This document shows, piece by piece, positions 34,162 through 47,800 of a stretch of 64,000 bases of DNA. The stretch is from Mantamonas sphyraenae STR306 (taxonomy: Eukaryota > Protista > CRuMs). Position numbers and translations under genes: made by a program. Within the stretch, counting starts at the first letter, position 1. Every line of letters begins with the position of its first letter. Below the pieces are notes generated by a model. It was not told the origin of the DNA. It saw only the letters and a program-made list of their open reading frames with translations, and made no database searches. The DNA is taken from assembly GCA_026936335.1 (NCBI GenBank), contig JAPMXV010000073.1, positions 162,431-226,430 of the forward strand. The letters are read 5' to 3'.

Positions 34162-37100
34162 ATGTCTCTGCGTCACAGTCAGAGTCTGCCAGAGGATGGA
34201 GACGAACGAAAGGGACTGATGCACTCCACAAGTGTGGAAGACATGAGTTCGTCCATGGGTCGGCCGGTGAACAAAAACCTCACCCGAGCACGCCAGAACT
34301 CCAAACGAGATTTCCGACAGCGGTTATCCTTGGCCCTGCGTCAAGTAGACGTCGATGCGGTGCAACGGCAGGTGTCCTCGTTTGAGGACGACTCTGCCGC
34401 AGGAGGTGCCGACAACAATGCCCCGGGCAGCAAGCTCAAGTCCTCCATTGTCGACGTGATGAATCGCAACAAGTCCAAGAAGAAAATCATGGCCAATGTG
34501 GCACGTGCGCTAGCCTCCTATGTGCCCAACCTTGTCCTGGACGTACGTCTGCTTGCCCGCTCGGCCGAAAACCCGCCCAGCCTTGCGTTTGTCCCCGAGC
34601 CCGCCTTTCACGCTCCCTCCTCCACACCCTCGCTTGCCCGCCCTGCCAGCCGCCACGCCCCGCCACACCTGCCACGCTGGCGGTCTATCCCATGAGCGTA
34701 GTGTCTGCCTTCACGCAAAGTCTGCGAGGGTGCATATCCCACGTACGGGCACACACGCGCGTTGCGCAGCGCACTGGTTTGCCTTTAACCGTGCAACCTG
34801 TGCCTGTGTCCATCGTGTGGCACGCCGTCGGTGCACCGCTTCGCCCGTACACACGCTTTTACAAACACCTGCGTGTGCGTGTGTGTGTGTGTGGGCAGGG
34901 GCGCTGGTGGTGCCTGGCGCACGGCTGGAAATGTCTGGTTGGCGCCGTTTCTTGCACGTTTTTCCACTTGTGGCCTTGTGTGCATGGATGCGAGGCAAGC
35001 GGTTGAGCTGACACGTGAACCGCTTCATACGACGAATACCCAACAGCAATTCGCACTGTACCCGTCGGCGTTGACGTCGCCGCTGGCCATGGACTTTGAC
35101 GGCGTCATCCTCTTTGCGGACATCGCAGGCTTCACCCCGCTGACGGAGAAGCTGACGCAGCAGGGAGACCAGGGAGTGGAGGTGCTGACGTTGCTGCTGA
35201 ACGACTTTTTCGGCCGGCTCATTGACATCATCAAAGCGTTCAACGGCGACGTGGTGAAGTTTGCCGGAGACGCCCTGTTCATCTGCTGGCCCTGCGGCAT
35301 GGAGGTGACACGGGAGGTGCTCATGGCCATCCAATGTGGCCTTGCGGTGCAAAGCGAACTGCGTGATTACACCACCGTGACGGGCGACAAGTTGAAACTA
35401 CGCATCAGCCTCGGCGTCGGCCAAATCACAGGCTTGCACGTCGGCGGCGTGCCTCATCTCAACGTACCCCGCTGGGAGTATCTTATTGTGGGCGACCCAC
35501 TGGTGCAGGTGTCTGACGGCTCACCCCTTGCTGGTCACGGCGAGGTGGTCGTCTCGCAAGCAGTGTACGATCTTGTCGACCATCTGGTCGTGGCCAAAGT
35601 CGTGGGCGACGACGACGACGACGGCCAAACCGGAGGAGAATCGCCTGCGTCGCACGCCTCGACACCCAAAATGGGTGGTGGAGCACACACAGGCACAGGC
35701 GACGCCGGAGCAGGCACGGACGGCAACGGGGACCAGGACACAATGCCCAGCCCGTCGCTACTGGGACAATCCATGCTGTCGCTGTTGAATCCGCGCTTGT
35801 TGCGTGGTTCGGGCGACGCAGGCGACGACGAGGATCCGTTGGCCAATGCACTGGGTGAGGACGGCGACCACGACACGCAGGAGGAGCAAGAGACGACGCA
35901 GAGCAAGTTTTATCGCATTGTGCGCATTCTGAATCCGCTGACAGTGATGGAGGAGGAGGAAATTGAAGTGAGCAAGGAAATGGCGGATGCATGCCGTTCG
36001 TACATCCCAGCAAGTGTGCGCACAAAGTTGGACGCAGGACAGCTGGATTGGACAAACGAGTTGCGTCTGATCACCGTGGTGTTTGTCAACCTGATGGACC
36101 TTACGGCGGACGACCCAGAGAATCTCAACGTGGACGTGGTCAACACCGTGTTCACCTCCCTGCAGAAGGACATCTACGCACAAGACGGCATTGTGCGCCA
36201 GTTCCTGATGGACGACAAGGGCAGCGTGCTCATTGCCGCGTTTGGGCTGCCGCCCCGCTCGCACGCAGACGACCCGTCGCGCGGCGTCAAGGCGGCGCTG
36301 GCCATGCACGCCTCATTGGAGGCGTTGGAGATGCGCTCGTCCATCGGGGTGACCACAGGCAAGGTGTTTTGTGGGGCGGTGGGCTCGTCACGCAGGCGGG
36401 AGTACGCCATGGTGGGCGACATTGTGAATCTGTCGGCGCGGCTGATGAGTGCGGCGAAAAAGGAACAGGGCATTCTTGTGGACAGGGCAACGTACAGCGA
36501 GGCACGGTCGGACGTGGTGTTTGACACGCTGGAGCCCATCAAGGTCAAGGGGAAGGCCAACAAGGTGGACATCTTTCGTCCGGTCCAGCTGCTGGAGGCT
36601 GGCACGGGCACACAGGGACGACCCGACGACGACGAGGACGAATCCGTGCTCATTGCAAAGCTGGACATCCATCCGGAGGAAAAGAGGAAAATCTGCGCAG
36701 GCATCGACGCGTTTACCCAACGGATACTAGGTGGGGCCGGCAGTAGCGGCATGACGTCGTCGTCATCATCGTCATCGACGTCCTCCACGTCGTCCCAAGA
36801 CTCGGGCGGCATGGAGGATGACGAGACCGAGGACCGCGAATCGGTGGTGTATCTGATTGGCGGCGAGGCAGGCATGGGCCAGTCGAGCCTGGCTGCACAG
36901 GTGGCGGGCAACTACGAGGGCCACAAAGACGTGCGTGTGGTGACGACGAGTGCGCAGGACAGGGAGCAGACGTCGCCGTACTATGCGTGGGCGCAGCTTG
37001 TGCCACGGCTGCTGGGGCTTCAGGCGGGCGAGGGCCACGCAGACATGCAGACACAAATTGCGGAGCAGCTGCGTGCGAGCGGAGCACGCAACGACGTGGA

Positions 37101-39987
37101 ATTGCTTCCGTTGTTGAACAGCGTCATGCCGTACAAGTGGCCGGAAACAGAGGCGGTGCGGGAAATGGGATCGCAGAAGCGTGCGCAGCAACTCAAGTCG
37201 CTGCTGTTGCAACTGGTGGAACTGGGTGCGAGCAGAAGCACGGTGCTGGTGCTTGTTTTTGAGGCGGTGCAGTGGATGGACAACGCCAGCTTTGCCTTGC
37301 TGAGCGCCGTGGTGGACGGAGGCGTGCCGAACGCTGTGTTGATCCTCACGCAGGAGGAGGAAAAGGACAGTGGAGTCAACAACGCAGGGCGGTTGGCAGA
37401 GGTGGCCAGTGCGCCGTGGTGCACGTCGTTCGTGCTGACGCCGTTGCAACCACAGCGCATCGACACGCTTGTGGCACAGGTGTTTGGTGTGGACACAATC
37501 CCTCGTGAGGTGTCCGAGGTGGTCAATCGCAAGGGTCAGGGCAACCCGTTCTTTAGCATCCAGGTGGCGTTGACGCTGAAGGAGGCAAACGCGGTGCAGA
37601 TCCGCAACGGGTTTTGCACGGTGGTGGGAGACAACATGGACGCCGTGGAGCTTCCCACGTCGTTGGTGGGCATTGTGACGTCGCGCATCGACTCGTTGTC
37701 GCCTCAGCAGCAGCTCCTGCTCAAGGTGGCGAGTGTGATTGGGCCGGTGTTCTCCGTACATCTGCTGGTGCACGTGCACCCGATCCAAACCATGGCAGAA
37801 TCGCTGGTGACGGACCTTGCGCTGTTGTCCAAGTATGATCTGGTGGAGAAGCTGCCGTCGACGGACATTGACGTGTTGTACAAGTTCAAACACTCGTACA
37901 CGCTGGATGCGGCGTACTCGATGATGCTGTACTCGCACCGGCGTCGACTGCACCGCAAAGTGGCCGAGTACTACGAGGAGTACCACTCGGATGCGCTTGA
38001 GCGGCATTGCACCCTGCTGAGCTACCACTACGGCAAGGCCCACCATTTCCCAAAGACGGTGGAGTACCTGCAGCTGAGTGCGGACCAGGCGCTGCGTCGC
38101 TTTGCCAACCAGGAGGCCATCGGCGCGTACCAGAGCCTGCTGGACCTGTACGACCGCATGCTGAGCCACGGCGAGGAGATGCTGGAGGAGCTGAACGCAA
38201 GCAACAGCGAGAGTGCAGAAGAGTCGGATCTGCAGCGCATGCTGGTGGATGGCGACGAGGGCACGCTGAACAAAATCGCAGGCCTGCAGCAGAGGAAACA
38301 AGGACGGCGAAGCACGTCGGATGATTCCGAGGAGGAGACCGACGACGATGAGGCCGAGGGTGACCTGACCAGCAGACGCATCTCCATCTTCCAGTCCAAT
38401 CGACGTTCGGTGATGCCTGCCGGCCGCGGTGGAGCGGTGAGTTTGGATGACGACGAGGAGGACGAACACGGTGAGGAGGGGAGCGGAGGCGTTTCGTCGT
38501 CGTCGTCGTCGTCGTCGTCGGCTGCGGCAGAGGAAGCAAACCAGCCGACGACGATTCTGGATGTGATCAATGTGGACGGATTCCTGTTGAGTGGGTGGAA
38601 GCGGAAGCTGGGCACGGCGTACTTCAACGTGGGAGATACGGTGCAGGCGCAAAAGTTGCTGCTGAGTGCCCTGGAAGACATGGAAGCGAACGTGCCAACG
38701 ACGGAGTTTAAGCTGAACAACGGCGTGAAGCTGGAAAAGGGCAGGCTGGCAATGCGCAAGCATTCGTACGCAGACACGGCGGCAAGCAAGCGAAGCGAGG
38801 CAAAGCTTGAACGGTACACAAACCTGGTGCTGGCGCTGATCTACCTGGCGCGTTGCTCGTTGCTGAATGGGCAAACCAGCCTGAGCAGCTGGTGCACGTG
38901 GAAGGCGGTGAGTGCGGCGGAGAAGCTGAGCCACAGTGGCGCCCTTGTGGAGGCGTACGCGTTGGGGATCAGCAACCTGTGCATGTCGAGCGGGAACAAC
39001 CGCAAGGCGATTGCGAACCTGCTGGCCAAGGGGGAACACAGCATCGAGCGGATGAACAGGTTGCAGTCGACAGCACACTTTCTGCTGGTGAAAGGCACAT
39101 ACCAGGTGTCGCAAGGGGAACTGGAGGATGCGCGTGTGTCGCTGCGGCAGTCGTTGGATGCGGCGACGCAGGTGGGCGATGACCGACTGCGTGAGGAGTG
39201 TCTGATTGTGAGTGGCTTCCGTGCATTCTTTGCCAATCGCATGCAACATGCGGGGGCGTATGTGAAGCAGGCGATCACGAGTGCGCGTACGCGTGGGGAT
39301 TTCCAGTCGCAGGCAATGGGTCAGAACATGCGTATGCTGGTGATGGCGGCGCAGGACAAGGTGAACCTGTGTCTGGACGCCGTTCTGCAGGTGGACCGCC
39401 TGTACGAAGATCACACCGAGTTTATCGACGTGCAAAGCCTGGTGAACGCGTACGCCATCAAGGCGTGGGTGCAACTGAAGGTGAACGAGGGCGATTTGGC
39501 GTTGGATTCTGCGCGCAAGGCGCTGGACATGATGGGCGAAGGGGAAAATGCACCGGCACCCACGCTGGCACTGTTTCAGGCACACTTTTGCCTGTGCGAG
39601 GTGTTGTTCACGCTGTGGAACGACTCGGAGCTGCTGGAGAGCACGGGAGGACGGATGGGCGGGAGCGACGGCCCCAAGCTGGCAAAGACAAACGCAAGCA
39701 CAAAGGAACTGGCCAAGATGGCAGGGGAGGCGCTGGAGAGGCTGACGGCGTTTGCTGAGATCCACCCGTGTTGCACGCCACGGCGATACACAATGAGTGC
39801 GTGGCAGATGTTTATGTTGGGCAAGGACAGCAAGTCGTTGAACAAGGGGGTCAAAGCGGAGGCCAGTGCCAAGGAGATGGGCATGACGTTTGAACAGATT
39901 GTGTACCACGAGCTGGCGGCAAGGTGGATGGGTGAAGGCCCTGGCAAGCAGCATCTGAAAAAGGTGCGCGAGTTGAAAGGAGAATGA
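34162..39987 (+). CDS. Soluble adenylyl/guanylyl cyclase-like protein (ADCY10/sAC architecture: two class III cyclase domains, STAND-type NTPase-like domain, TPR-like tail); exons 34162-34542, 35047-39987
   Basis: Motifs LASYVP, ILFADIAGFTPLTEKL, VVKFAGDA, FLMDDKGSVLIAAFGLPP, REYAMVGDIVNLSARLM, IKVKGK, GNPFF, RIDSL..QQLLLKVASVIG and YKFKH..AY..M...RRRLH; intron GTACGT..GCTGAC..CAG 34543-35046. Confidence 0.9.
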
Positions 39988-40129
39988 CGGAGTGGGGAAA
40001 GGGGGCAATGAAGATGGTTGCAGAGCGGGAGGGGGGGGGGGGGGGGGGGGGGGTCATGGAGTGGTTGTTGTGTCGAGGTGGCTGCGATGGGCGAGGCACC
40101 ACGAAGGAAACGAAAGAAGAGAAGAGAGA

Positions 40130-41480
40130 ATGAGCACAAACACGCTGAACCTTGTGACGATTGGCAACCCGCTGCTGGACATCACTGCGGTGGTTGAGGA
40201 CCAGGCCATTATGGAGAAGTGAGTGGAAAGAGGGGTCCCAGGGAAGCGCAAACACTGCGGACTTTTTCGCCGCAGAGTGAGCTGATCGTTTCGCTGACGT
40301 TGCGCCGCGGTGTGTGCTGGACAGGTACGGCCTGGAGAACTCGAACGCGATCATGGCGAACGAGGAGCAGCTTGCGCTGTATGACGAGCTGGTGAACAAC
40401 TTTGAAGTGGAGTACTCTGCTGGTGGGGCGGGCCAGAACTCGACGCGCATGTGCCAGTGGGTGCTGGGGGAGCCTGGCCACACGGCGTACATCGGATGCA
40501 TCGGTGACGACAAGTATGGCAAGATCCTGAACGAGCAGGCGACGGCGGACGGCGTGGAGACGCTGTACCGTGTGGACCCCGAGGTGGCCACGGGCACGTG
40601 TGCGGTCCTCGTCGTGGACAAGGATCGCTCGCTGGTGGCCAACATCAGCGCGGCAAACCACTACAAGATCGAGCATCTGCAGGAGGAGAAGTGAGTTGAG
40701 TGGGGTGGGTGGGTGAGAGAGGGTGGGGGGGGTTAGTGGGGGGGGGGGGTGGGGAGTGGTAGAGGAGGAGGAGGAGGGGAAGGGATGTGAGAGAGGGAGG
40801 TTGACAGGTTGCACGACGACCACCACCACCATACGCTGACACATACACCATCCAACCATGCACCATGGGATGACAACCACAGGCAGCAGGAGGCCATCAA
40901 GAACGCAGGCGTGTACTACGTGTCGTCGTTCTTCCTGACGGTGTCGCCCGAGTCTGTGGTGAGCGTGGGCGAGCATGCGGCCAAGGAGAACAAGATCCTG
41001 GCCATGAACCTGGCTGCGCCGTTCCTGATGCAGATCTTCAACGACCGTGTGCTCCAATGCGTGCCCTACATGGACTACGTGTTTGCCAACGAGCATGAGG
41101 CGGCCGCCTTTGCCGAGGCCCAGGGTTGGGAAGAGGAAAAGACGGACCTGAAGGCCTGCGCCCTGAAGCTGGCAGCCATGGACAAGATCAACACGGAGCG
41201 TCCGCGTGTGGTTGTGTTCACCCAGGGTGGTGAGCCTGCCATCATTGCCTCGGAGGGCAAGGTGACGGAGTACGAGGTGATCCCGTGCCCCAAGGAGGAC
41301 ATTGTGGACCTCAACGGCGCAGGTGACGCCTACGTGGGCGGCTTCCTGGCCGGTCTCCTGCGTCAGGAGTCGGTGGAGCAGTGTGTGGCATGCGCCAACT
41401 ATGTGGCCAACGTGGTCATCCAGCAGCGCAACGCCACCTTTCCCAAGGAGTGCACCTGGTCCTGGGACAAGAAAGAATGA
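40130..41480 (+). CDS. ADK: Adenosine kinase (PfkB family); exons 40130-40218, 40325-40690, 40883-41480
   Basis: Motifs IGNPLLDI, AGGAGQNS.R, YIGCIGDD.YG, TGTCAV....RSLVAN..AAN, NLAAPF, FANEHEA and VDLNGAGDAYVGGF. Confidence 0.95.
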
Positions 41481-41486
41481 AAATGA

Positions 41487-42805
41487 ATGGCATTCGTGAT
41501 TGGCAAGGAGGAGGGGGAAGTGGTGAACCACTTGAAGAGGGGGGATGCGTCAGGAGAGACACTAAAAATCCAGGTGTCGCAGATGGAAGCCGCGGCCGCA
41601 GCTGACGACGAGCGGGATGCATTGCTGACGGACGGACAGGGCCCGAGGCGTCGTCGACCTCGGTTGAATCTGATGCACGTGGTGGGATCCATGGTGGACA
41701 TCTTTATGATGGTGGTTGGGCCGATCCTCATCACACTGGCCACCTCGCTGATTTCCTACGTCATCTACGTGTACTTCAACGGCGTGTGGGGCGAGTTGAC
41801 GGGCGATTCGCTGCTTCTCAAGGCGTTCCACATCACCATTGCCTGCTGGCTCATGTTCAATGTGTTTTACAACTATTACAGCGTGGTTCGCACGCCGCCG
41901 GGGGCCATCCCCGATTCCATGGTGGCGGACGAAGAGACGCAGGCCGCCATGCGCGACGCAAGCAAGCCGCAGCGTGGTCAGGGGTTCTCTACGTATTGTG
42001 ACAAGTGTAAGTGTGTGCGATGGAGGCGTGTGCGATGGACGTGGGGTTCCGCGTGCGTGTGTGCGGGGCGTGGGAATGCGGCGTGGGAAAACACGGCGGT
42101 GGAGTTTGGGGGCGATCACTGACTCGTTTTCGGACGCCAAAATTGTGGCGCTTGGCATCGTGACACTGTGGGTGTGGGGCGTACGGTGACGCGACGATGA
42201 TGATCCACAACAACACACACAAAACCACACACACACACACACACACGCACACAGGCAAGAAGATGAAGCCCGAACGAGCGCACCACTGCCACATTTGCAA
42301 AAAGTGCGTGCTGCGGATGGACCACCATTGCCCGTGGATCCACAACTGTGTGGGCCATTACAACCACAAGTTCTTTCTGCTGTTTCTGTTTTACATGTGG
42401 GTGGGCTGTCTGTACGTGGCCTCGGTGACGGTGCGGCCCTTTCTGTACTTTTCCTCCCTCGACTACCCTCGCGAGTACCGCGGGGGCATTGTGTTTAGCT
42501 TTGTCATCTCCCTGTCTGTGTGTGCAGCCATTTCCATGCTCATGTTCTGGCACATCTACCTGGTGATCAGCAACCAAACCACCATCGAGTTCTACTACAA
42601 CCGCAGCAGGAAGCGACGTGCACGCATGGCCGGTGAGGTGTGGCAGAACGAGTTTGACCTCGGCGCACGACGCAATTGGGAATACTTTTTCGGATGCACC
42701 TGGTATTGGTTCTGGGTGCCCCAGATTGGTGCCCAGGTGCCAGGCGACGGCATCGAGTACCCCAAGCGCTTTGGGAACAACCTTGTTGATCGACGTGTCG
42801 AGTAA
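41487..42805 (+). CDS. DHHC palmitoyltransferase (ZDHHC16-like); exons 41487-42006, 42255-42805; start codon uncertain
   Basis: CDKC|[44 protein letters not shown] motif and four TM segments. Confidence 0.93.
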
Positions 42806-42934
42806 AGGGCGCACGCCGCCGCTGCCCTACATTCGCTCGTGGGATGATGGATGTGTGGGACGGGACAAAAAGGGAGGAGGGAGGAAGGAGGAGAGCGGGG
42901 AAATGGATGGTGTCAAATTTCATCTCAGCTCTCA

Positions 42935-43804
42935 TCAAACGCCCATCGGCTTGGGCGTTGCCGCGGTGAGTGCAGCAAACACATCCGAGGCAGCAATGAG
43001 AACCCAAGGCACAGAGATGATGAGGGTGTGTCGCACGCTGTTGAGTGCACCAAAGATGCTGTTGGGGCCAAAGAGTGCCATCCCGGCAAGGACAAAGCCG
43101 CTGCCAGCAGTCCAAATCCAGCCAAAGGCAAAACGGTAGCCACCGGCCAGCCAGGCCTGGGTGACACTGGTGAGCCATGCGTCGTAGTTGACGAGGGCAT
43201 TGAGGAAGGACCAGAGCTGACTCCAGTTGTACCAGTTGGAGGCAAGGTAGACCCAAAAGCGGGCCACAGGATGGGTGATGGTCTGCTTGGCATGCTCGGC
43301 AGCAATGATCCAGGTGCCAATGGCAAGGAACCCGTAGCCGGCGTCGCGTCCTGCGTGGTTGATGCGTTCGGTGGCCACCCAGAGGGCAGCGCGGGAAGTG
43401 TTTGCTTGCATCACGGCGGCCACAGGCGCCGCAAACGTGCGTTGGGTCCACTCTGCAAACCCTACGTCGGCAATGTGGAACATGGCCGCCAGGGTGTGCA
43501 CAGAGCACGAGGCGTCCCAATACACGGAGCGAGCGGCAATGGCGGCGCCGCTCGGTTTGCCCAAACCCTTTTCGTTGATGACCGACTCGGGCAGCCCTGC
43601 AACGGACAGGGCATGGGTGTACTCGTTGAGACGGGCTGCCAAATCGATGGCGCCGTACAGGGGCAGTTCGCCCATCAGCAGTGCCGAGCGCGTGTTGTTG
43701 TGGAACGTCTGTGCCAGCTGGCCCTGGCCCTGGCGATCCAGCACGTGCACCACACCCACCGTGGCAACCAACACCGTCAGGAGGGCGTATGTGAACAGTC
43801 GCAT
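42935..43804 (-). CDS. Hypothetical membrane protein (N-terminal signal or TM, hydrophobic C-terminal segments), 289 aa
   Basis: Intronless ATG ORF with host-like codon usage and a W/A-rich composition; no family recognised. Confidence 0.65.
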   Translation of the reverse strand: MRLFTYALLTVLVATVGVVHVLDRQGQGQLAQTFHNNTRSALLMGELPLYGAIDLAARLNEYTHALSVAGLPESVINEKGLGKPSGAAIAARSVYWDASCSVHTLAAMFHIADVGFAEWTQRTFAAPVAAVMQANTSRAALWVATERINHAGRDAGYGFLAIGTWIIAAEHAKQTITHPVARFWVYLASNWYNWSQLWSFLNALVNYDAWLTSVTQAWLAGGYRFAFGWIWTAGSGFVLAGMALFGPNSIFGALNSVRHTLIISVPWVLIAASDVFAALTAATPKPMGV

Positions 43805-43881
43805 GAGTTGAGATGGAAAGGGGGAAGGGTTGAAATGCGGTGGCTGCGTGGGTGCCCCGGCCGAGGCAGTGAATTCAATTC

Positions 43882-44764
43882 ATGTTTAGCCGAGTGTATA
43901 TTGGCAGTGCAAACGAGAGTGGGAGCACAGTGAGCAACAGTGTGGACAATCTGGTGGCAAGAAACGAGGAGGCAAGCAGCGATGAGGCGGACGTGACGAC
44001 GCGGTCGCGTGCCGGCATCGGAGCCATTGCGCGAGGGTTTGGCAAGGACGACAGGGCGCTGATTGAAAACGTGGCCACCGAGAAGTTGGTACAGGGTAGG
44101 TTGGAGGACCACGGGTTGCATGCAGGACACTCGTAAACGTGCAGTCGTGTACCAACGTGTTCTGGCGAACATTCGCGAAGAGGACGGAGGCCGGACTTGC
44201 GCTCCGGACACGCGTCGGGAGCGGTGGGTGGAATTTCCTGGAGTGGCATCCTGACACACATGAGTGGCCTCTCTCTCTCTCTCCCTCTCTCTCTGTGCCT
44301 ACATAGGATTCATTGTGGGTGGCGTGCCTGCTGTGACGGCCATCATGCTGGGAAACCAGTTTTCGCCGCGATTCAAAGCCATCCCGCAGGCGCCCAAGGT
44401 GCTTCTGGGCTGGGCAGCGGCCATTTCCACGAGCTACGTGTTTGCCGAGCTGGCCATCACCGAGCTGGCACAGACAGAGGAGCACGAGGCGTACCAGCGG
44501 TCGATTGAGAAGCATCGTGTGGTGACCAAGTGGCAGCAGAAGTTGGTGGAGAACCGGTACACCATGGTGGCCAGTGTGTGGGCCCTCAGCATGATTGGCT
44601 CCCTGCTGTTTAGTTTCAGGAACCCCAATCTCAAGACGTCGCAAAAGCTCATCCATGCCCGTCTGTACGCACAGGCCAGCACACTGGGTGCGTTGGGTCT
44701 GGGCGCCCTTGCACACTCGCTCGACCCGCACAAAGACGACGAGAAGAAGCTGATCCTGTCTTGA
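43882..44764 (+). CDS. RCF2: HIG1-domain mitochondrial protein, Rcf2-like; exons 43882-44095, 44307-44764
   Basis: ENRYTMVASVWALSMIGSL....NPNLKTSQKLIHARLYAQASTL matches the Rcf2/HIG1 signature; phase-1 GTAGGT..CCTGAC..TAG intron. Confidence 0.8.
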
Positions 44765-44834
44765 GGAGGGAACGCAAAGGGGTGGAGTCAATGTACAATT
44801 GACATGTGCAGTTCCGTTTCATTCAAATTCCAGA

Positions 44835-47800
44835 TCACACAATCAAAATATGCTTCATGGCACGGCGGAACCGCACGAGGTTTTGATGAAAAGTGTTGCG
44901 GTTGCGCGTGCCCATTGAGTTTTCCACCTTTTCAAACAGCAGCTCAAACTCTTCCAGCATCTGTTCGTGGAGCTCGCCGGGCTGCCCTGCAATGATGTCC
45001 TCCTTGATGGCGTCAAACTCGTCTTCGTGTGTCAACGACAGCGCAAGCAGCGGCGAGCACATCATCCACATGCCCTGGTAGCCCTGGAAGAGCACAATGT
45101 GCATGAGGGCCTGCAGAAAGTTGGGCAGCACTTCGCGCCCGGGCTCGCTGTCCAGCACCGCCATCAGTGCCTGGGCCTCCTCTTTCGACCCCGGATGCTC
45201 GCGGTAGCGGTAAAACAGGGCTGTGATGCTGTTGAGAGCCGTGACGCAATGGCCAATGACCATGGCGTCGTAGGAGCGAAAGCCCTCGAGGAGGGCCTCA
45301 AAGAGCTGGAGGAGCAGCTCGTCGCTGAGCTGGAGGAGAAGGACGCGGCGGTGGTGGACAAACAGCATGTCGAGGAGGTGGTAATAGGCGGTGGTGAGCT
45401 TGGGATAGACCATGACGTGTTCCATGGGGATGGAGACGAGGAGAGTGAGGATGGCGGCGAGGATGTTGGCAAAGCTCTCGTCCTCAAAGATTTCAAAGAC
45501 ACTAAAGTTGATGTACTTGCCCACAATGGTGTTGTCCAGGATGCGCATGCACAGCGTGATGCCCTTGTACTTGTGCGAGTAGAGCTTGTCCTCGTCGGCA
45601 ATGTCCAGGTCGATGAGCTGCTCGGCGTAGTTGTGCACCAGCCGCGACGTCTGCTGGAACAGCAGAATGCCGTACGGCGAGTTCCAGTTGCCGCTCAGGC
45701 GGTCGTTTGCGTCGCGTGTCATTTCGTAGAGGACTTTGAGCAGGGGCGAGGTGACGGATGGGTCGTCTGCATACAACGTGACGAGGTTGGCCATGAGCTC
45801 AAAGTAGGCGGAGAACCATTCAAAGAACAGCGGGAAGGAACGCACGGTGCATGCCTGCAGGATGCCACGCAGGTCGCGCAGGACGCCAATCACGGTGTCG
45901 CGTGCTTCGTCGGTGAGCAGATCGTCCGGGTCGGATTCGCCCACTTCGGCGATGAGGTCGAGCTGTTCGCCAATGGGGGCCACAAACTCTTCAAAGATTT
46001 CCTCTTCGCCCTCGCTGTGGCCGTAGCCGAAGCAGACCGTGGCCAGGGTTTTGTGGTAGCTTGTGCGGAGTTTGAACAGGGACGGGTCGTTGAAGAAGGG
46101 CACGGTTTCAAAGGTGCCCGAGCGGCGAAAGACGTCGTCGAGAATGTCGAGCTTGAGGAGCTCGGAGGGTGTGCGTGAGCCGCTGGTGAGGTTGGCCAGC
46201 AGCTCGAGGGTGCGTTCGAGCAAGATGCGCGAGTCCCAATTGGCAAAGTTTGCGTAGCAGCGGTTCCAGATGACGCCCGGCAACTCGTGGCTCTCCTTGA
46301 AGCCCATGCGTTCGTTGATCTCCTGGCAGAAGCGGTTGTTGGCAATGATCATGTCGCCCGGATAGACGTCCCGCATCCGGCGCATGCTGTACAGGTAGGC
46401 GAGTTCCAGCGGCTCCATGGAGTGGATGTCCTGCAGCTCGCCGTTGCCGGCGTAGTGTTTGTCGGTCCAACGCATCAGGTCAAACAGTTCGGCCATGAGC
46501 ACGGCGTCGAGGACGTCTTCGTCGGGTTTGGGTGCGCCGTAGCGGCCGCCGACCATGGCGCCGATGACATGGACGACATACACGAGGGAGGCCATGTCTT
46601 CGCGCATGCGCAGGACGTCGGCTTCGTCGGCGCCGCGGGAGGACTCGACGTCGCGGACACTCTGGCGGAACGAGTGGGCGGTAGAGGTGAGCAGCTCGAG
46701 GGCATACTCGCCTGCGGTTTGGTAGGTGACGCGTGAGATGACTTTGATGGCGTCGAGTTGGGTGCTCATGTCTTCGGCGGCGTCGTTGAGTTGCAGGTCC
46801 CTGTCGGTGCGCACGTCGTCGGCCACCTGGTCCAGACGGGACTGGAGGAACGCTTCCAGCAGCTGGGAGGGGAAGGATTCAAAGACAGGATCCGGGACAG
46901 AGTTCATCAGGCGAACGGTGCGCAGCATGCGGCTCCACAGCTGCAGGAGGTAGTAGAGGGCGTCGTCGTCGTCCTGAAAGTCGCGAAAGGCGGCCTCGGT
47001 GAACTGGGCGACCTGGTTGACCCAGTCGACAAACTCGGGCATGCGGCGGATCTCGGCGGAGCGGAAGTTGTAGGTGATGCGGTCGAGAAGGCGGCAAAAC
47101 TCGCGGAAGCATTGCGGGTCGTCCATGCCGTTCATGTGATCGATGACCACAAAGGTGCCTTCGAGGAGCCAGCCGAGAAAGGCGTCGCGTTGCTGTTCCT
47201 TGGGAAACAGGGTGCTGCGTACCCAGCAGATGCTCATCAGGCAGGTCAGCGCCTCCTCTTTCAGGTCTGTGTCGTTGTAGGCGTCAAACAGCATGGTGAC
47301 CATGGTGCGTTCGATAAACAGTTCGCTCCAGCTCATGGGCACAAGGACCGCTCCGGGGTTCTCCAGCGTCTCGTCGCGGATGCCGGCAAAGTTGTAGCCG
47401 ACGCAGGCCGCACACAGGCGCATGGCGGCCCCCAGCAAATCCAGCTGGTCGTCATTGAGCTCTGCATAGCCACGGCCGTGCAGGTTGTTCATGACGGCGA
47501 GGGACATCTGAAAGACGCGGAGGAGGGCGGTGTCACAGTACGAGGCGACGGTGCGTCGGTAGCCGCCGACCTTGGGGCCTTCCAGCGAGGTGAACCCGTC
47601 GCGGTTCTTGCTGATTTCCTCGGTGATGCCCTGGAGGACATCCATGGCCATGGTGTACATTTGGATGTCGTCGCTCTGTGCACAACGAGGGGGAGGCGGG
47701 GTGAAAAACGTCAGGCGGCGGGGAAATGGCGCGCAAGGCGGGAATGGGCCCCGTGAAGGCGGGTGCATGGGTGGATGGATGGGAGGGTGGGGGGAAAGGG

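Noticed and set aside
40027-40053. Poly-G run between the cyclase and ADK
   Set aside because: Homopolymer of uncertain length in a generally G-skewed 3' region; there is no independent evidence of function.
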